Of a DNA stretch of 36,502 bases, positions 27,404 to 35,943 are shown piece after piece. Under the pieces are notes generated by a model. It saw only the letters and a list, made by a program, of their open reading frames with translations, did no database searches and was not told where the DNA came from. Numbering within the stretch: the first letter of the stretch is position 1; every line of letters begins with the position of its first letter. Origin of the DNA: an uncultured Polyangiaceae bacterium (GTDB lineage: Bacteria > Myxococcota_A > Polyangia > Polyangiales > Polyangiaceae); contig CAYOAL010000026.1 of NCBI GenBank assembly GCA_964401935.1, positions 43,722 to 80,223 on the forward strand, written 5' to 3'. The translations under genes and the position numbers were made by a program.

Positions 27404-28156
27404 GTGATGACGCCCAGCTCGAGCGCCCTCGCGAGCCCCCCGGTGGCCGTCCGTCCCGGGTTGCGTGAGCGCAAGGCGGCCGAGACGCGGCTCGCGATCG
27501 TGGCCTCGCTCGAGCGTCGGCTCGCTGCCACCGACTTGCGCGACATCACCGCGGACGAGCTCGCCGGCGACGCCAACGTGTCGCGCATGACGTTCTTCAA
27601 CTACTTCCCGAGCAAGCGCGACGCGGTCGATCTCGTGATGGTGGCGCTCATGTTCCGCCTCGAGGCCGGTATCGAGGAGAAGCGCCTGCGGGGGGTGGCC
27701 GCCATCGAGTACCTGTTCGGAGTGTTTGGCGACGAGGTGGCGGCGGCGCCTCACCGCATGCGGCGCATGCTCGCACACTTCGCCTCGCGCGCGGTCGACC
27801 GGCCGCTGTCCGAGCTGACGCTCGCGGAGCGTATGGTGCTCGCTCCCGAGCTTGGCGACCGTGTGGCCGCGCTCACCCCCGCCCCCACGCTCGGGGCATT
27901 GTTGATGCGCCTGGTGGAGGAGGCGCAGGACGACGGCGCGCTCCTCTCCGGCTCGAGCTACGAGCTGGCGCACTACCTCGGCGGGCTCCTCAATGGGGCG
28001 GCGCTCGTAGGGCACTCCACCGACGACACCGACTGGCGAAGGCTCTTCCGGCGACACGCGCGGCGGGCGCTCGGGCTCCTCGGGGTGGACGGCCTCGCCG
28101 ATCCGCGGCCCCCGCGGGTTCCGCGCCGCTACCGAAAGGAGAAGCGAGCACGATGA
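27404..28156 (+). CDS. TetR/AcrR-family transcriptional regulator.
   Basis: N-terminal HTH region TRLAIVASLERRLAATDLRDITADELAGDANVSRMTFFNYFPSKRDAV. The stop overlaps the next start in ATGA. Confidence 0.8.
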   Translation: MMTPSSSALASPPVAVRPGLRERKAAETRLAIVASLERRLAATDLRDITADELAGDANVSRMTFFNYFPSKRDAVDLVMVALMFRLEAGIEEKRLRGVAAIEYLFGVFGDEVAAAPHRMRRMLAHFASRAVDRPLSELTLAERMVLAPELGDRVAALTPAPTLGALLMRLVEEAQDDGALLSGSSYELAHYLGGLLNGAALVGHSTDDTDWRRLFRRHARRALGLLGVDGLADPRPPRVPRRYRKEKRAR

Positions 28157-30606
28157 CGATGGCGACCGTGATTTCCCCGAAGACCCCGCCGCTTGCGACG
28201 CCCGAAGCGGTCGCTCCGCTCGCGCGCGCGTTCGACCCGCTCCGCTTCGGCGGCAAGGCGGCGCCCCTCGCCAAGGCCATCGCGGCCGGCTTCGTGGTCC
28301 CCGAGGGCTTCGTCGTGGCGGCAGACCTCTCGGCGGGTGAGCGTGGCGCGCTCGCGGGCGCCATCCGCGACCAGCTCGCCGAGCTCGCTGGAGACCGCTT
28401 CGCGGTGCGCTCGAGCGCGGTGGGGGAAGACGGTCGCGAGCGCTCGTTTGCCGGTCAGCTCGAGACGGTGCTCTCCGTGCATCGCGATGACGTGCTGGCT
28501 GCCGTCGAGCGCTGCGCGGGCTCGGCGTCGGCGCTCCGGGCGTTGCGCTACGGCGGGGCGCGGCTCGGCGGGGTGGGGGTGATCGTGCAGCGCATGGTGA
28601 GCCCGAAGAGCGCCGGCGTCGCGTTCAGCGCCGATCCCCAGCGCGGAGAGCGCGGAACGTGTCACATCGAGGCCGTGCCTGGGTTGGGGGAGGGCCTCGT
28701 GTCGGGGGCGTCGGATCCGGAGGCGTGGCGCGTGACCGCTCACGCCGCCGAGCGCGCCCGAGCGCTCGAGGCGCCAGTGCTGTCCACAGAAGAGGTGCGC
28801 CGCGTCGCGGAGCTCGCGCGGGCGATGGAGACGCTCTTCGGCGCGCCACAAGACGTGGAGTGGGCGTTCGCCGACGACACGCTCTACCTCTTGCAGTCGC
28901 GGCCGATCACCGCGCTCCCCGCGGCGCCGGTGCCGATCGCCGTCGAGATCCCAGCGGGCGGGTGGGATCGCGACGATCACCACGGGGTGCTCTCGCCGCT
29001 CGGTTGGGCGTGGTTTCAGCCCTACCCGAAGGCGATGGCGGAGGGGATGCGCGAGGCGGGCGTTCCCATCGAGAGGATCGAGGTGACGCGCATCGGGGGA
29101 CACCTCTATCAGCGGATGGTGATGGGGGGGGGCGACTCCGCCAAGCTCCCGCCGCGCTGGGTGCTGTGGCTCGCCACGCGGCTCGTGCCCTCCCTGCGCC
29201 GCGCCAACCGCGCGGCGAGCGCGCTCTGCGACGAGGAGGGCTTCGTGGAGCAGCTCGAGGCTTGGGAGAGAGGGGGGCGCGACGCGATGCTACGCGCCGT
29301 CGACGACGTGTTCGTGGCGGAGCCGGAGAGACTGAGCGACGACGCGCTGCTCGAGCACATCGAGCGCGCGCTGGCGGTGACCGCACGCGGCCTCGAGAAC
29401 CACGCGGCCATCGGTGGGCCGAGCATGTTCGGCGTCGGCAAGCTCTTCCTCTTCCTCGAAGACGAGCTTGGCTGGGACGGGCACGTCGTGTTCGAGCTCA
29501 TGGCGGGCAGCTCGGTCGCCACCACGGCGCTGCATCGACAGCTCGAGGAGATCATCACGCGCCACCGGGGCGAGCTCGAGGCGGCTGGGGGAACGTTGCC
29601 GAGCTGGTCGGCGCTTCTCGGCCGCTGCCCAGCGCTCGGTCGCGAGCTCGTGGCGTGGCTCGGTGACAACCGGCTGCGCATGCTCCACTACGATCCCAAG
29701 CACCCCATGCTCGGCGAGCGACCCGACTACGTGTTGTCGATCGTGGAGGGCATCGCAGCGAACCTCCGCGCCGCACAGCCGCGCACCCCGCAGGCCGAGA
29801 ACGAGGAGCGCCTGGCCGAGGCCCGAGCGCGTCTGTCGCCCGAGCGGTACGACGAGCTCGAACGTCTGCTCGCCCTCGCGCGTCGTTGCTACGCGCTGCG
29901 CGACGACAACGGCGTGGTGGCGGTGTCCCGACCGGCGGGGCTGCTCCGACACTTCGTGCTCGAGCTCGGTCGACGTCTCGAGCCCGCGCTCGGCGCGCGC
30001 GAGCACGCGGTGTACCTCTACCCGGAGGAGCACCGGAGCGCTCTCCGAGGGGAGCTCGAGGAGCTCTCCGAGCTCGTGGAGCGCCGTCGCGGGGAGGAGA
30101 GCTGGGCGCTGTTTCATCGCGGTCCGAAGCATCACGGGCCGCCGGCTCCGCCGATGCCGCCTCCCAGCGTGTTCCCCGGCCCGATGTCGCGGCTGATGCG
30201 CATCTTTGCCTGGATGGAGAGCGCAGAGCGCACGCCGGAGCCGAGCGAGGGGGACGTACTCCACGGCGTCGGCATCGGGACCGAGGTGGTCACCGGACGC
30301 GCCCGCGTCATCCACCGCATCGAGGAGATGGCGAAGCTCCAGCATGGCGAGATCGTGGTGTGCCGGATCACCTCGCCGGAGTGCGCGGTGGCCCTCGGAC
30401 GCGTGGCGGCCATCGTGACGAACGAGGGGGGCGCGCTCTCGCACCCGGCCATCATCGCGCGCGAGTTCGGCGTCTCGGCCGTGGTAGGGGCTGCCGACGC
30501 CACCCACCGCATCCACACTGGGGATCGGCTCTCGGTCGATCCGGTGGCCGGCACGGTCACGCTGCTGCCGAGGGTGGCGACCGCAGCGCCGCGCGGCGAC
30601 GTTTAG
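28153..30606 (+). CDS. PEP-utilising enzyme family protein. It has an N-terminal PPDK_N-type ATP/pyruvate-binding domain and a C-terminal phosphohistidine swivel domain. The architecture is like rifampin phosphotransferase or PEP synthase.
   Basis: C-terminal motif GGALSHPAIIAREFGVSAVVG is the PEP-utilisers mobile His domain. The N-terminus FGGKAAPLAKAIAAGFVVPEGFVV is the PPDK_N start. 817 aa. Confidence 0.7.
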   Translation: MTMATVISPKTPPLATPEAVAPLARAFDPLRFGGKAAPLAKAIAAGFVVPEGFVVAADLSAGERGALAGAIRDQLAELAGDRFAVRSSAVGEDGRERSFAGQLETVLSVHRDDVLAAVERCAGSASALRALRYGGARLGGVGVIVQRMVSPKSAGVAFSADPQRGERGTCHIEAVPGLGEGLVSGASDPEAWRVTAHAAERARALEAPVLSTEEVRRVAELARAMETLFGAPQDVEWAFADDTLYLLQSRPITALPAAPVPIAVEIPAGGWDRDDHHGVLSPLGWAWFQPYPKAMAEGMREAGVPIERIEVTRIGGHLYQRMVMGGGDSAKLPPRWVLWLATRLVPSLRRANRAASALCDEEGFVEQLEAWERGGRDAMLRAVDDVFVAEPERLSDDALLEHIERALAVTARGLENHAAIGGPSMFGVGKLFLFLEDELGWDGHVVFELMAGSSVATTALHRQLEEIITRHRGELEAAGGTLPSWSALLGRCPALGRELVAWLGDNRLRMLHYDPKHPMLGERPDYVLSIVEGIAANLRAAQPRTPQAENEERLAEARARLSPERYDELERLLALARRCYALRDDNGVVAVSRPAGLLRHFVLELGRRLEPALGAREHAVYLYPEEHRSALRGELEELSELVERRRGEESWALFHRGPKHHGPPAPPMPPPSVFPGPMSRLMRIFAWMESAERTPEPSEGDVLHGVGIGTEVVTGRARVIHRIEEMAKLQHGEIVVCRITSPECAVALGRVAAIVTNEGGALSHPAIIAREFGVSAVVGAADATHRIHTGDRLSVDPVAGTVTLLPRVATAAPRGDV

Positions 30607-30661
30607 CTCGCAGTGGCCCCCCGCCGGTCGCGGGTGACGGGGTCGGCCTTCGTCGAGGACG

Positions 30662-31522
30662 TCAACGTTTGCGGGGGCGGCGGGCGAGGACGGGGAGGCT
30701 CGCGTCGATGTGGAGCGCGCCCACCTTGCCGCGGAGCTCTACGGTCTCCAGCCAATAGGTGCCCCGCGGCGTGCCGGTGTCGCTGCCGGCGGGGCCCGCC
30801 TCCATCGCGGTGGAGAGCGAGAGGCGCTGCTTGCCCCCTGGCGGCATCGAGACGGTCAGAGGCTCGTAACGCGACATGGGCTTGCCGGGGCCGCCCTCGT
30901 AGTGGGCGGTGGCCTCGAGGCCGTCGAGCGGCGCGGCAAAGGGGTTCTGGAGCTCGATCACGACGGTGGTGTCGTCGCGCGAGGTCACGCCTCCGAGGCT
31001 CAGCGGGGTGATGGCGTGGGCGCGCAGGAAGGGCAGCGCGGCCAGCTTGTCACGGGTGGCGCGAAAGCCGCCCTCGGGGCTCACCCAGTCCGAGCGCATC
31101 TGGGCGTGCTCTTCGGCGCTCTCCTCGGCGGGGCAGGGCCCCTTGGGCGTGAGCGCGGAGAGGAGCGAGGGCTGTTCGGCGCCACGGACGAGCACGAGCT
31201 GGCCGATCAGCGGCTCCACCTCGACGGTGGCGAACACGTTCAGGGCGCCGAGGCGAGCGGTCGCTCCGGTGTAGAGCATACCGTCGTCGAGGCAATACTC
31301 CGAGGGCGCGCTGGGGCTCCGTGGACTGTTGCCGCGCAGCGTGCCCACGAAGCCCGGCTCCGCCACCGAGAGCTCCCTCGGCCCGGCCGTCGTCGCCAAC
31401 GAGGAGGACGTCGAGGGCACCGCGATGGTGGGTGCGCTCGAGCCGTCGGCGTCGTGATGGGGCCGGGCCGGCGTGCAACTCATCGCGAGCGGAACGATGG
31501 CGAGGAGGGAGCGAGGGGGCAT
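30662..31522 (-). CDS. Hypothetical lipoprotein.
   Basis: Lipobox AIVPLAMSC. Diverse composition, whereas the antisense ORF 30710..31531 is Gly/Arg-rich junk. Confidence 0.45.
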   Translation of the reverse strand: MPPRSLLAIVPLAMSCTPARPHHDADGSSAPTIAVPSTSSSLATTAGPRELSVAEPGFVGTLRGNSPRSPSAPSEYCLDDGMLYTGATARLGALNVFATVEVEPLIGQLVLVRGAEQPSLLSALTPKGPCPAEESAEEHAQMRSDWVSPEGGFRATRDKLAALPFLRAHAITPLSLGGVTSRDDTTVVIELQNPFAAPLDGLEATAHYEGGPGKPMSRYEPLTVSMPPGGKQRLSLSTAMEAGPAGSDTGTPRGTYWLETVELRGKVGALHIDASLPVLARRPRKR

Positions 31523-31583
31523 CGTCGATGATCTACGCCGGGGCGGAGCAGAAGTCCCCCGTGGGTCGGTCGACGCGCGTCGT

Positions 31584-31973
31584 TCAGAGGAACACCCCGA
31601 CCAGCATCGCCACGAGGCCGATCATCGCGATCTGCCAGCACACCGTGCGGGCGTAGGGGATGCCTGACGCGTAGGCCGGGAGGTACAGCGCGCGACCAGC
31701 CACCCACGCGTAGGCGCCGTAGGCACAGGCCGGATGCCGTGCTCCCGAGGCCTCGACGAGCACCACCGCGGCCACGAACAGCGCGAGGTTCTCGGTGTAG
31801 TTGCGCGCCGCGCGGTGGAGACGCCCGGCGAGGCCCTCCCGCTCCTTGTCCTGGTCGCGCGGACCGACGGTGTAGGCGTTCCCCACTTGGGCCTTGAACG
31901 AGAAGCTGTCGGCCGACACGTGCACGATGCCGAGCCCGATGGCGCCGACGAGACTCATCAACACGGGACTCAT
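31584..31973 (-). CDS. MAPEG-family membrane protein (microsomal glutathione S-transferase-like).
   Basis: 129 aa with four TM segments. Pattern RAARNYTENLALFVAAVVL fits MAPEG. Confidence 0.55.
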   Translation of the reverse strand: MSPVLMSLVGAIGLGIVHVSADSFSFKAQVGNAYTVGPRDQDKEREGLAGRLHRAARNYTENLALFVAAVVLVEASGARHPACAYGAYAWVAGRALYLPAYASGIPYARTVCWQIAMIGLVAMLVGVFL

Positions 31974-32428
31974 GGAGCGCTGGCCGAGTCGTTGGCGGGT
32001 GGGGGGGTGCCGGTCGAGCGCTCACGCATGCGCGTCGAGCCTCGCGCAAGAGTTCGGAGACGGTTCCTCGATGGCGCTCATCGCACGTCGATAGTTGGGC
32101 GCACGGATCGCGTCAACGGACGCCCCGAGGCGTCGTGTCATGGCGCCCCGTCGTGGGGGCGGACCGGCGCGGAGCCCCCACGCCGCCGAGCCGCTGATCC
32201 AGCTCGGAGCAGGGTGCACCGAACGAGCGCAGTGGTCCGCGCCACCTTGGTGCAGGGGGAGGCTCGAGCCGTCGCCGCGTCGACGTGCGCGCGGCGACTT
32301 GAGCGCTTCGCGGGCTGCGGCACGGTTGTCGCTAGGCGGAGGTCATGACGGTTCTGTTGACGAACAACCCGCTCCCGCGTGAGGCGGCGGGGTGGCGGGC
32401 GGGGCGACCCGAGGAAGATCCGGAGAAG

Positions 32429-33739
32429 ATGAAGCGCTGGGGCTTCGTGACCGCGAAGCCCTCCGAGTACCTGATCCACGTGCGTCGGGGCGAGGTGACG
32501 GCGCGTTCGGGGCAGGGGGCGACGTGCTTCAAGTGGCCGTGGGACGCGGTGGCGATCGTGCCCACGTCGCTGCAGCGACTCTCCTTCAGCGCGGATCAGG
32601 TGACGGCGGAGAAGGTGGGGGTGGAGGTGGTGGGCCTCGCGGTGTACCGCATCGCGGATCCGCTGCTCGCCTACCGCGTGCTCAACTTCAGCTACCCCGA
32701 GCGGGCCCAGGAGAAGCTCGAGAGCACGCTGACGGCGATGTTCGTGGGCGCCACGAGGCGCATCGTGGCAACCCTCGGGGTGGAAGACTGCCTCCGGAAG
32801 CGCAAGGCGGCGCTGGCCCAAGAGCTGCTCCGGGAGATCGCGCCGGTGGTGGGAGGCGAGGGCCACCCCGACGACTTCACCTCGCGCGGTTGGGGCGTCG
32901 TGATCGACACGATCGAGATCCAGGAGGTGCGCGTGCTCTCGGAGGCGGTGTTCGCGGCGATGCAGGCCCCTTATCGAGCCGAGCTCGATCGCCAGGCGCG
33001 CGAGGCGACGGCGTTGGCGGAGCAGGCGATCGCGGCCCGCGAGGCGGCCTGTCGTCGCGACGCGGAGCTCGCGCGCCTGCACGCCGAGGGGGAGCTCGCG
33101 GTCCAGCGCTCGGCGGCCGAGCAGAAGGCTGCCGAACGGAAGGCGGCCATCGCGCGCCTGTGTCTCGACGAGGAGCGGGCGACGGAGCAGCGGCGCGCCG
33201 AGCACAGCGCCTCGCTCGCGGCCTTCGAGCGCGGCGTGGCCGACGAGCAGCGGGAGGCGGAGGCCCAAGCGCGGCGCAGGGCGGCGGAGCTGGCCGCCCT
33301 CGAGGCGATCGCCGAGCAACAGTCGCTGCCGGCGCGGCACGCCCTCGCCGAGCAACGCGCCGAGCTCGATCGGTTGCTCACGATGGTCGACGCCGAGCTG
33401 CGCCGACGTCAGGCGGAGCTCGCTCGCGAGGAGGGCCTCGTGCGCGCGGAGGTCGCGCTCCGTGACGCCGACGTGCATTGCCAGCGCAGCGAGGCCGACG
33501 CTCAGCTCGAGCTCGCGCGCAGGCTTCCGGAGCTCGCCCGCGCCATCGGCGAGCGCATGGGTCAGGTGAACGTCACGCAGCTCGGAGGTGTCGATATGAG
33601 CCCGCTGGCGCATGTGGCTGCGACGATCTCCAGCCTGCTCGATATCGCGCGCTCCGCCCATGGCGCGCGCTCCACCCATGGCGCGCGAGCCACAAGGGCG
33701 CGCGGGCGACACGAAGGGGACGAGCACGCGGAGCCCTGA
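32429..33739 (+). CDS. Flotillin-like SPFH/Band-7 protein with a long C-terminal Ala/Glu/Arg-rich coiled coil.
   Basis: SPFH region MKRWGFVTAKPSEYLIHVRRGEV...FKWPWDAVAIVPTSLQRLSF...VGLAVYRIADP. It is followed by about 200 aa of EA-rich heptad-like sequence, as in flotillins. Confidence 0.7.
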   Translation: MKRWGFVTAKPSEYLIHVRRGEVTARSGQGATCFKWPWDAVAIVPTSLQRLSFSADQVTAEKVGVEVVGLAVYRIADPLLAYRVLNFSYPERAQEKLESTLTAMFVGATRRIVATLGVEDCLRKRKAALAQELLREIAPVVGGEGHPDDFTSRGWGVVIDTIEIQEVRVLSEAVFAAMQAPYRAELDRQAREATALAEQAIAAREAACRRDAELARLHAEGELAVQRSAAEQKAAERKAAIARLCLDEERATEQRRAEHSASLAAFERGVADEQREAEAQARRRAAELAALEAIAEQQSLPARHALAEQRAELDRLLTMVDAELRRRQAELAREEGLVRAEVALRDADVHCQRSEADAQLELARRLPELARAIGERMGQVNVTQLGGVDMSPLAHVAATISSLLDIARSAHGARSTHGARATRARGRHEGDEHAEP

Positions 33740-34158
33740 AGAGGGCCGTGACGCCTCTCGTGCCGCGTCGAGCGAGCTGGCGCTCGCTGCGAGGCCGAAG
33801 GGATCGGCAGAGCGATGCGGGCCCGTGGCAGGCGGGCGGCCCGGCCGACGCACCCCGCGGGGAGTGGAGGCCGGGCACCGCCGCTGGATGGGGCGCTCTC
33901 CGAAGGGCACGATGACTGCGTGCTCTCCTTCTGAACCTGGCCCCCCGAGCCTGCCGCTTCGCAGGCTGCTGCTCAGCGTGGCGTCTCCACCCTCCCGGCG
34001 CGATGGAGCCTGGTGCCCATGACACGCGCCCGCTGGTCGTGACGACAACGGCCGCAGGCGCGAACGATAGGGTGCGTCGCCGCTCGGCACCCCACCCTCA
34101 CGGAGGGCGCGTGACCGCGCCGAACGCGACGGTGGAGGTGGCCAGGCGCCGGCGCCGC

Positions 34159-34923
34159 TCAACGGGCGGGGGGCGTGAAGCGCGGGCGCGGCATGGGCGG
34201 GGTGCCCGCGGGCCGAGTCTCCTCGGAGGTGCTGCCGCACCCTCCCCCCACGCTCCGCACGCTCCGCACGGCCCCCCCCTCCCACCGTGTTGCGCTTGGG
34301 GCCCCAGCGCGCAAGCGCGCTTCGCGAGAACCTCTGTCCTCTCCCGTCAGGTCTTGAGTCTCCGGTGACTGGGACTCGTGGCGAACGGACGCGGGGAGTC
34401 GGGCGTCGGAGAAGCCGGCCTCGGAGCCGCCGGGCTCGGAGCCGCCGGGCTCGGAGAAGCCGGGCTCGGAGCCGCCGGGCTCGGGCCACTGGCGGTCGGC
34501 GAGTCTCGGGACCCGCTGGGTGGGGAGCGGCGCTTGGGCCCATGGGGCGCTCGTCGCGGGCAGCTGCATCACACGCGCAAAGGAGCGGGCGCGGTGGGGG
34601 CGCGGGGTGGGGAAGCGCACTGGGGTGGGAGGGACGAGCCGCACCGACGGCGTGGGTAACATCGCGTTGAGCGCGCGCGCCAGCCGCCTCTGGGCGTCGA
34701 GCTCGGCGTGCGTGGCGTGCACCGTCGCGAGAGCTTGCTCGAACACCTCGGAGCCGGGAGCCTCCGCGGCGAGGCGCCGCGCGGCGCGGATAGCGGCGTC
34801 GAGCGCGTCATGGAGCGCGGTGATGCGCCGGATCGTAGCGCGGTGATGCTGCTGTACGCGATCGTCCATGAAGCCGATCGTGTCAGCGTAGCCACCGAGA
34901 ACGTGGTTGTCGTCGCCGCGCAC
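34159..34923 (-). CDS. Hypothetical protein. The N-terminal half is helical-looking and the C-terminal half is low-complexity, including (EPGGS)n.
   Basis: The ORF is supported only by non-junk composition in its N-terminal 90 aa. The C-terminal part is encoded by the 15-bp tandem repeat. Confidence 0.25.
   Translation of the reverse strand: MRGDDNHVLGGYADTIGFMDDRVQQHHRATIRRITALHDALDAAIRAARRLAAEAPGSEVFEQALATVHATHAELDAQRRLARALNAMLPTPSVRLVPPTPVRFPTPRPHRARSFARVMQLPATSAPWAQAPLPTQRVPRLADRQWPEPGGSEPGFSEPGGSEPGGSEAGFSDARLPASVRHESQSPETQDLTGEDRGSREARLRAGAPSATRWEGGAVRSVRSVGGGCGSTSEETRPAGTPPMPRPRFTPPAR
34378..34500. repeat. 15-bp tandem repeat GGCTCGGAG(C/A)(C/A)GCCG of about 6 copies. It encodes (EPGGS)n on the minus strand.
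   Basis: Direct inspection of the sequence. Confidence 0.8.
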
Positions 34924-34929
34924 GAAACC

Positions 34930-35150
34930 GCCGCAAATTCACACCCGAGCGCGCGGCGAGCGCGAGCGAACTCGCAGGCGCGCGGGGCGAACCCCCATCC
35001 AACCGCGAGCGCAAGCGAAGCCCGGAGCGCGAGCGACCGCCAAGGCGCGAGCAACCGCCAAGGCGCGTGCGAACGCGCAGGCGACCGACGACCGTGGCGT
35101 CAGCAACCGCGCAGGCGCGTGCCAGCACGAAGCGCGAGCCGGTGAGACGA
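34930..35150. repeat. Degenerate GC-rich repeat block built from GCGAGCG, CCAAGGCGCG and GACCGTGGCG-type units. It is related to the array at 35944-36502.
   Basis: Shared sub-motifs with the 3' array: GACCGTGGCG, GCGCGAGCGAGC, AGCGCGAGC. Confidence 0.45.
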
Positions 35151-35349
35151 CCTGCTTTGGACTCTTGTCCCGGTAGGCCGGGAGTTCGCGATGGCGAGCA
35201 CCTCGCGCCGGTGGGTCGCGGCGAGCTCGTTCTTGGCTCGTGTCTTGGGCCATGGCGCCCGTCGTCGCCGCTGTCCTGCGACCGCCAGCGCTGGATCGTC
35301 CGCGGATCGAGGACGAGCTCGCGGCACGCCGACTTGGGGCGCGCGCCGT

Positions 35350-35943
35350 TCATCGGCGCCTCGTCGAGCCATCCGAGGATCCATTGTCGTCGGTCTCGTT
35401 GGGGTCGCCTTCCCCGTCCCCGGCGAGGAAGGCTTGCACTTTCCCCCGCAACACCAGGAGCGCGGCCGCCACCGCGAGTGCCTTCTCTTTACGCGCGAGC
35501 TCCTTCTTCGCCGCACGCAACTCCCGCTCCTCGGGGCTGAGACCGCGTTTCGGACGCCCGGTCTCGAGGCCCTTCGCCGCCGCCTGCAGCACCTCGTCTC
35601 GAAAGCGATGTCGATCGGCCTCGTGCAATCCTTCACGCCGCAGCAGCTCTCCAAGGCCAGCTTCGGCCGCCGCCGCCGCCTCCCTCACCACGCGGAGCTT
35701 CTCCGACGGGGTCCACCGCCGACGGCCTCCGCCTCCGTTCTTGCTCATGGGCGCCACCGTGGCCTGCCGCAGCCACCGGGACAACGTGTCCTGCGCGACG
35801 CCCACCTCCGACGACAACGGGTTGGCCGATCGCGCACCGGGTCCCGTCATCTTCGAGATCGTCTTCTGCTTGAAGTTATCCGAGTACGCATGGCGCTTCG
35901 CGCCCTTCTCGCCCCCTGATTCCTCGATCAGGTCAGGCGGCAA
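35350..35943 (-). CDS. IS3-family transposase OrfA, the HTH plus leucine-zipper subunit.
   Basis: HTH_Tnp_1-like segments YSDNFKQKTISKMTG...VGVAQDTLSRWLRQ and RRRWTPSEKLRVVRE. C-terminal heptad-like region ELRAAKKELARKEKALAVAAALL. Confidence 0.7.
   Translation of the reverse strand: MPPDLIEESGGEKGAKRHAYSDNFKQKTISKMTGPGARSANPLSSEVGVAQDTLSRWLRQATVAPMSKNGGGGRRRWTPSEKLRVVREAAAAAEAGLGELLRREGLHEADRHRFRDEVLQAAAKGLETGRPKRGLSPEERELRAAKKELARKEKALAVAAALLVLRGKVQAFLAGDGEGDPNETDDNGSSDGSTRRR

Larger units (their letters stand above)
34883..35943 (-). mobile_element. IS3-family insertion-sequence remnant. orfA is intact, and only a short frameshifted fragment of the orfB 5' end is recognisable. No DDE domain is present.
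   Basis: orfA spans 35350..35943. The downstream minus-strand frame 34883..35353 starts with transposase-like text (CRELVLDPRTIQRW...DGRHGPRHEP) and then degenerates into Ala/Arg repeats. Confidence 0.55.

Noticed and set aside
32138-34543. An 801-aa minus-strand ORF covering the flotillin region.
   Set aside because: It is antisense to a gene with a clear SPFH domain and coiled coil. Its translation is Arg/Gly/Pro-rich low complexity.
34883-35353. Calling the frame downstream of orfA an intact IS3 orfB transposase.
   Set aside because: Only about 30 residues look transposase-like. There is no DDE or rve region, and the frame dissolves into repeat-encoded Ala/Arg sequence.
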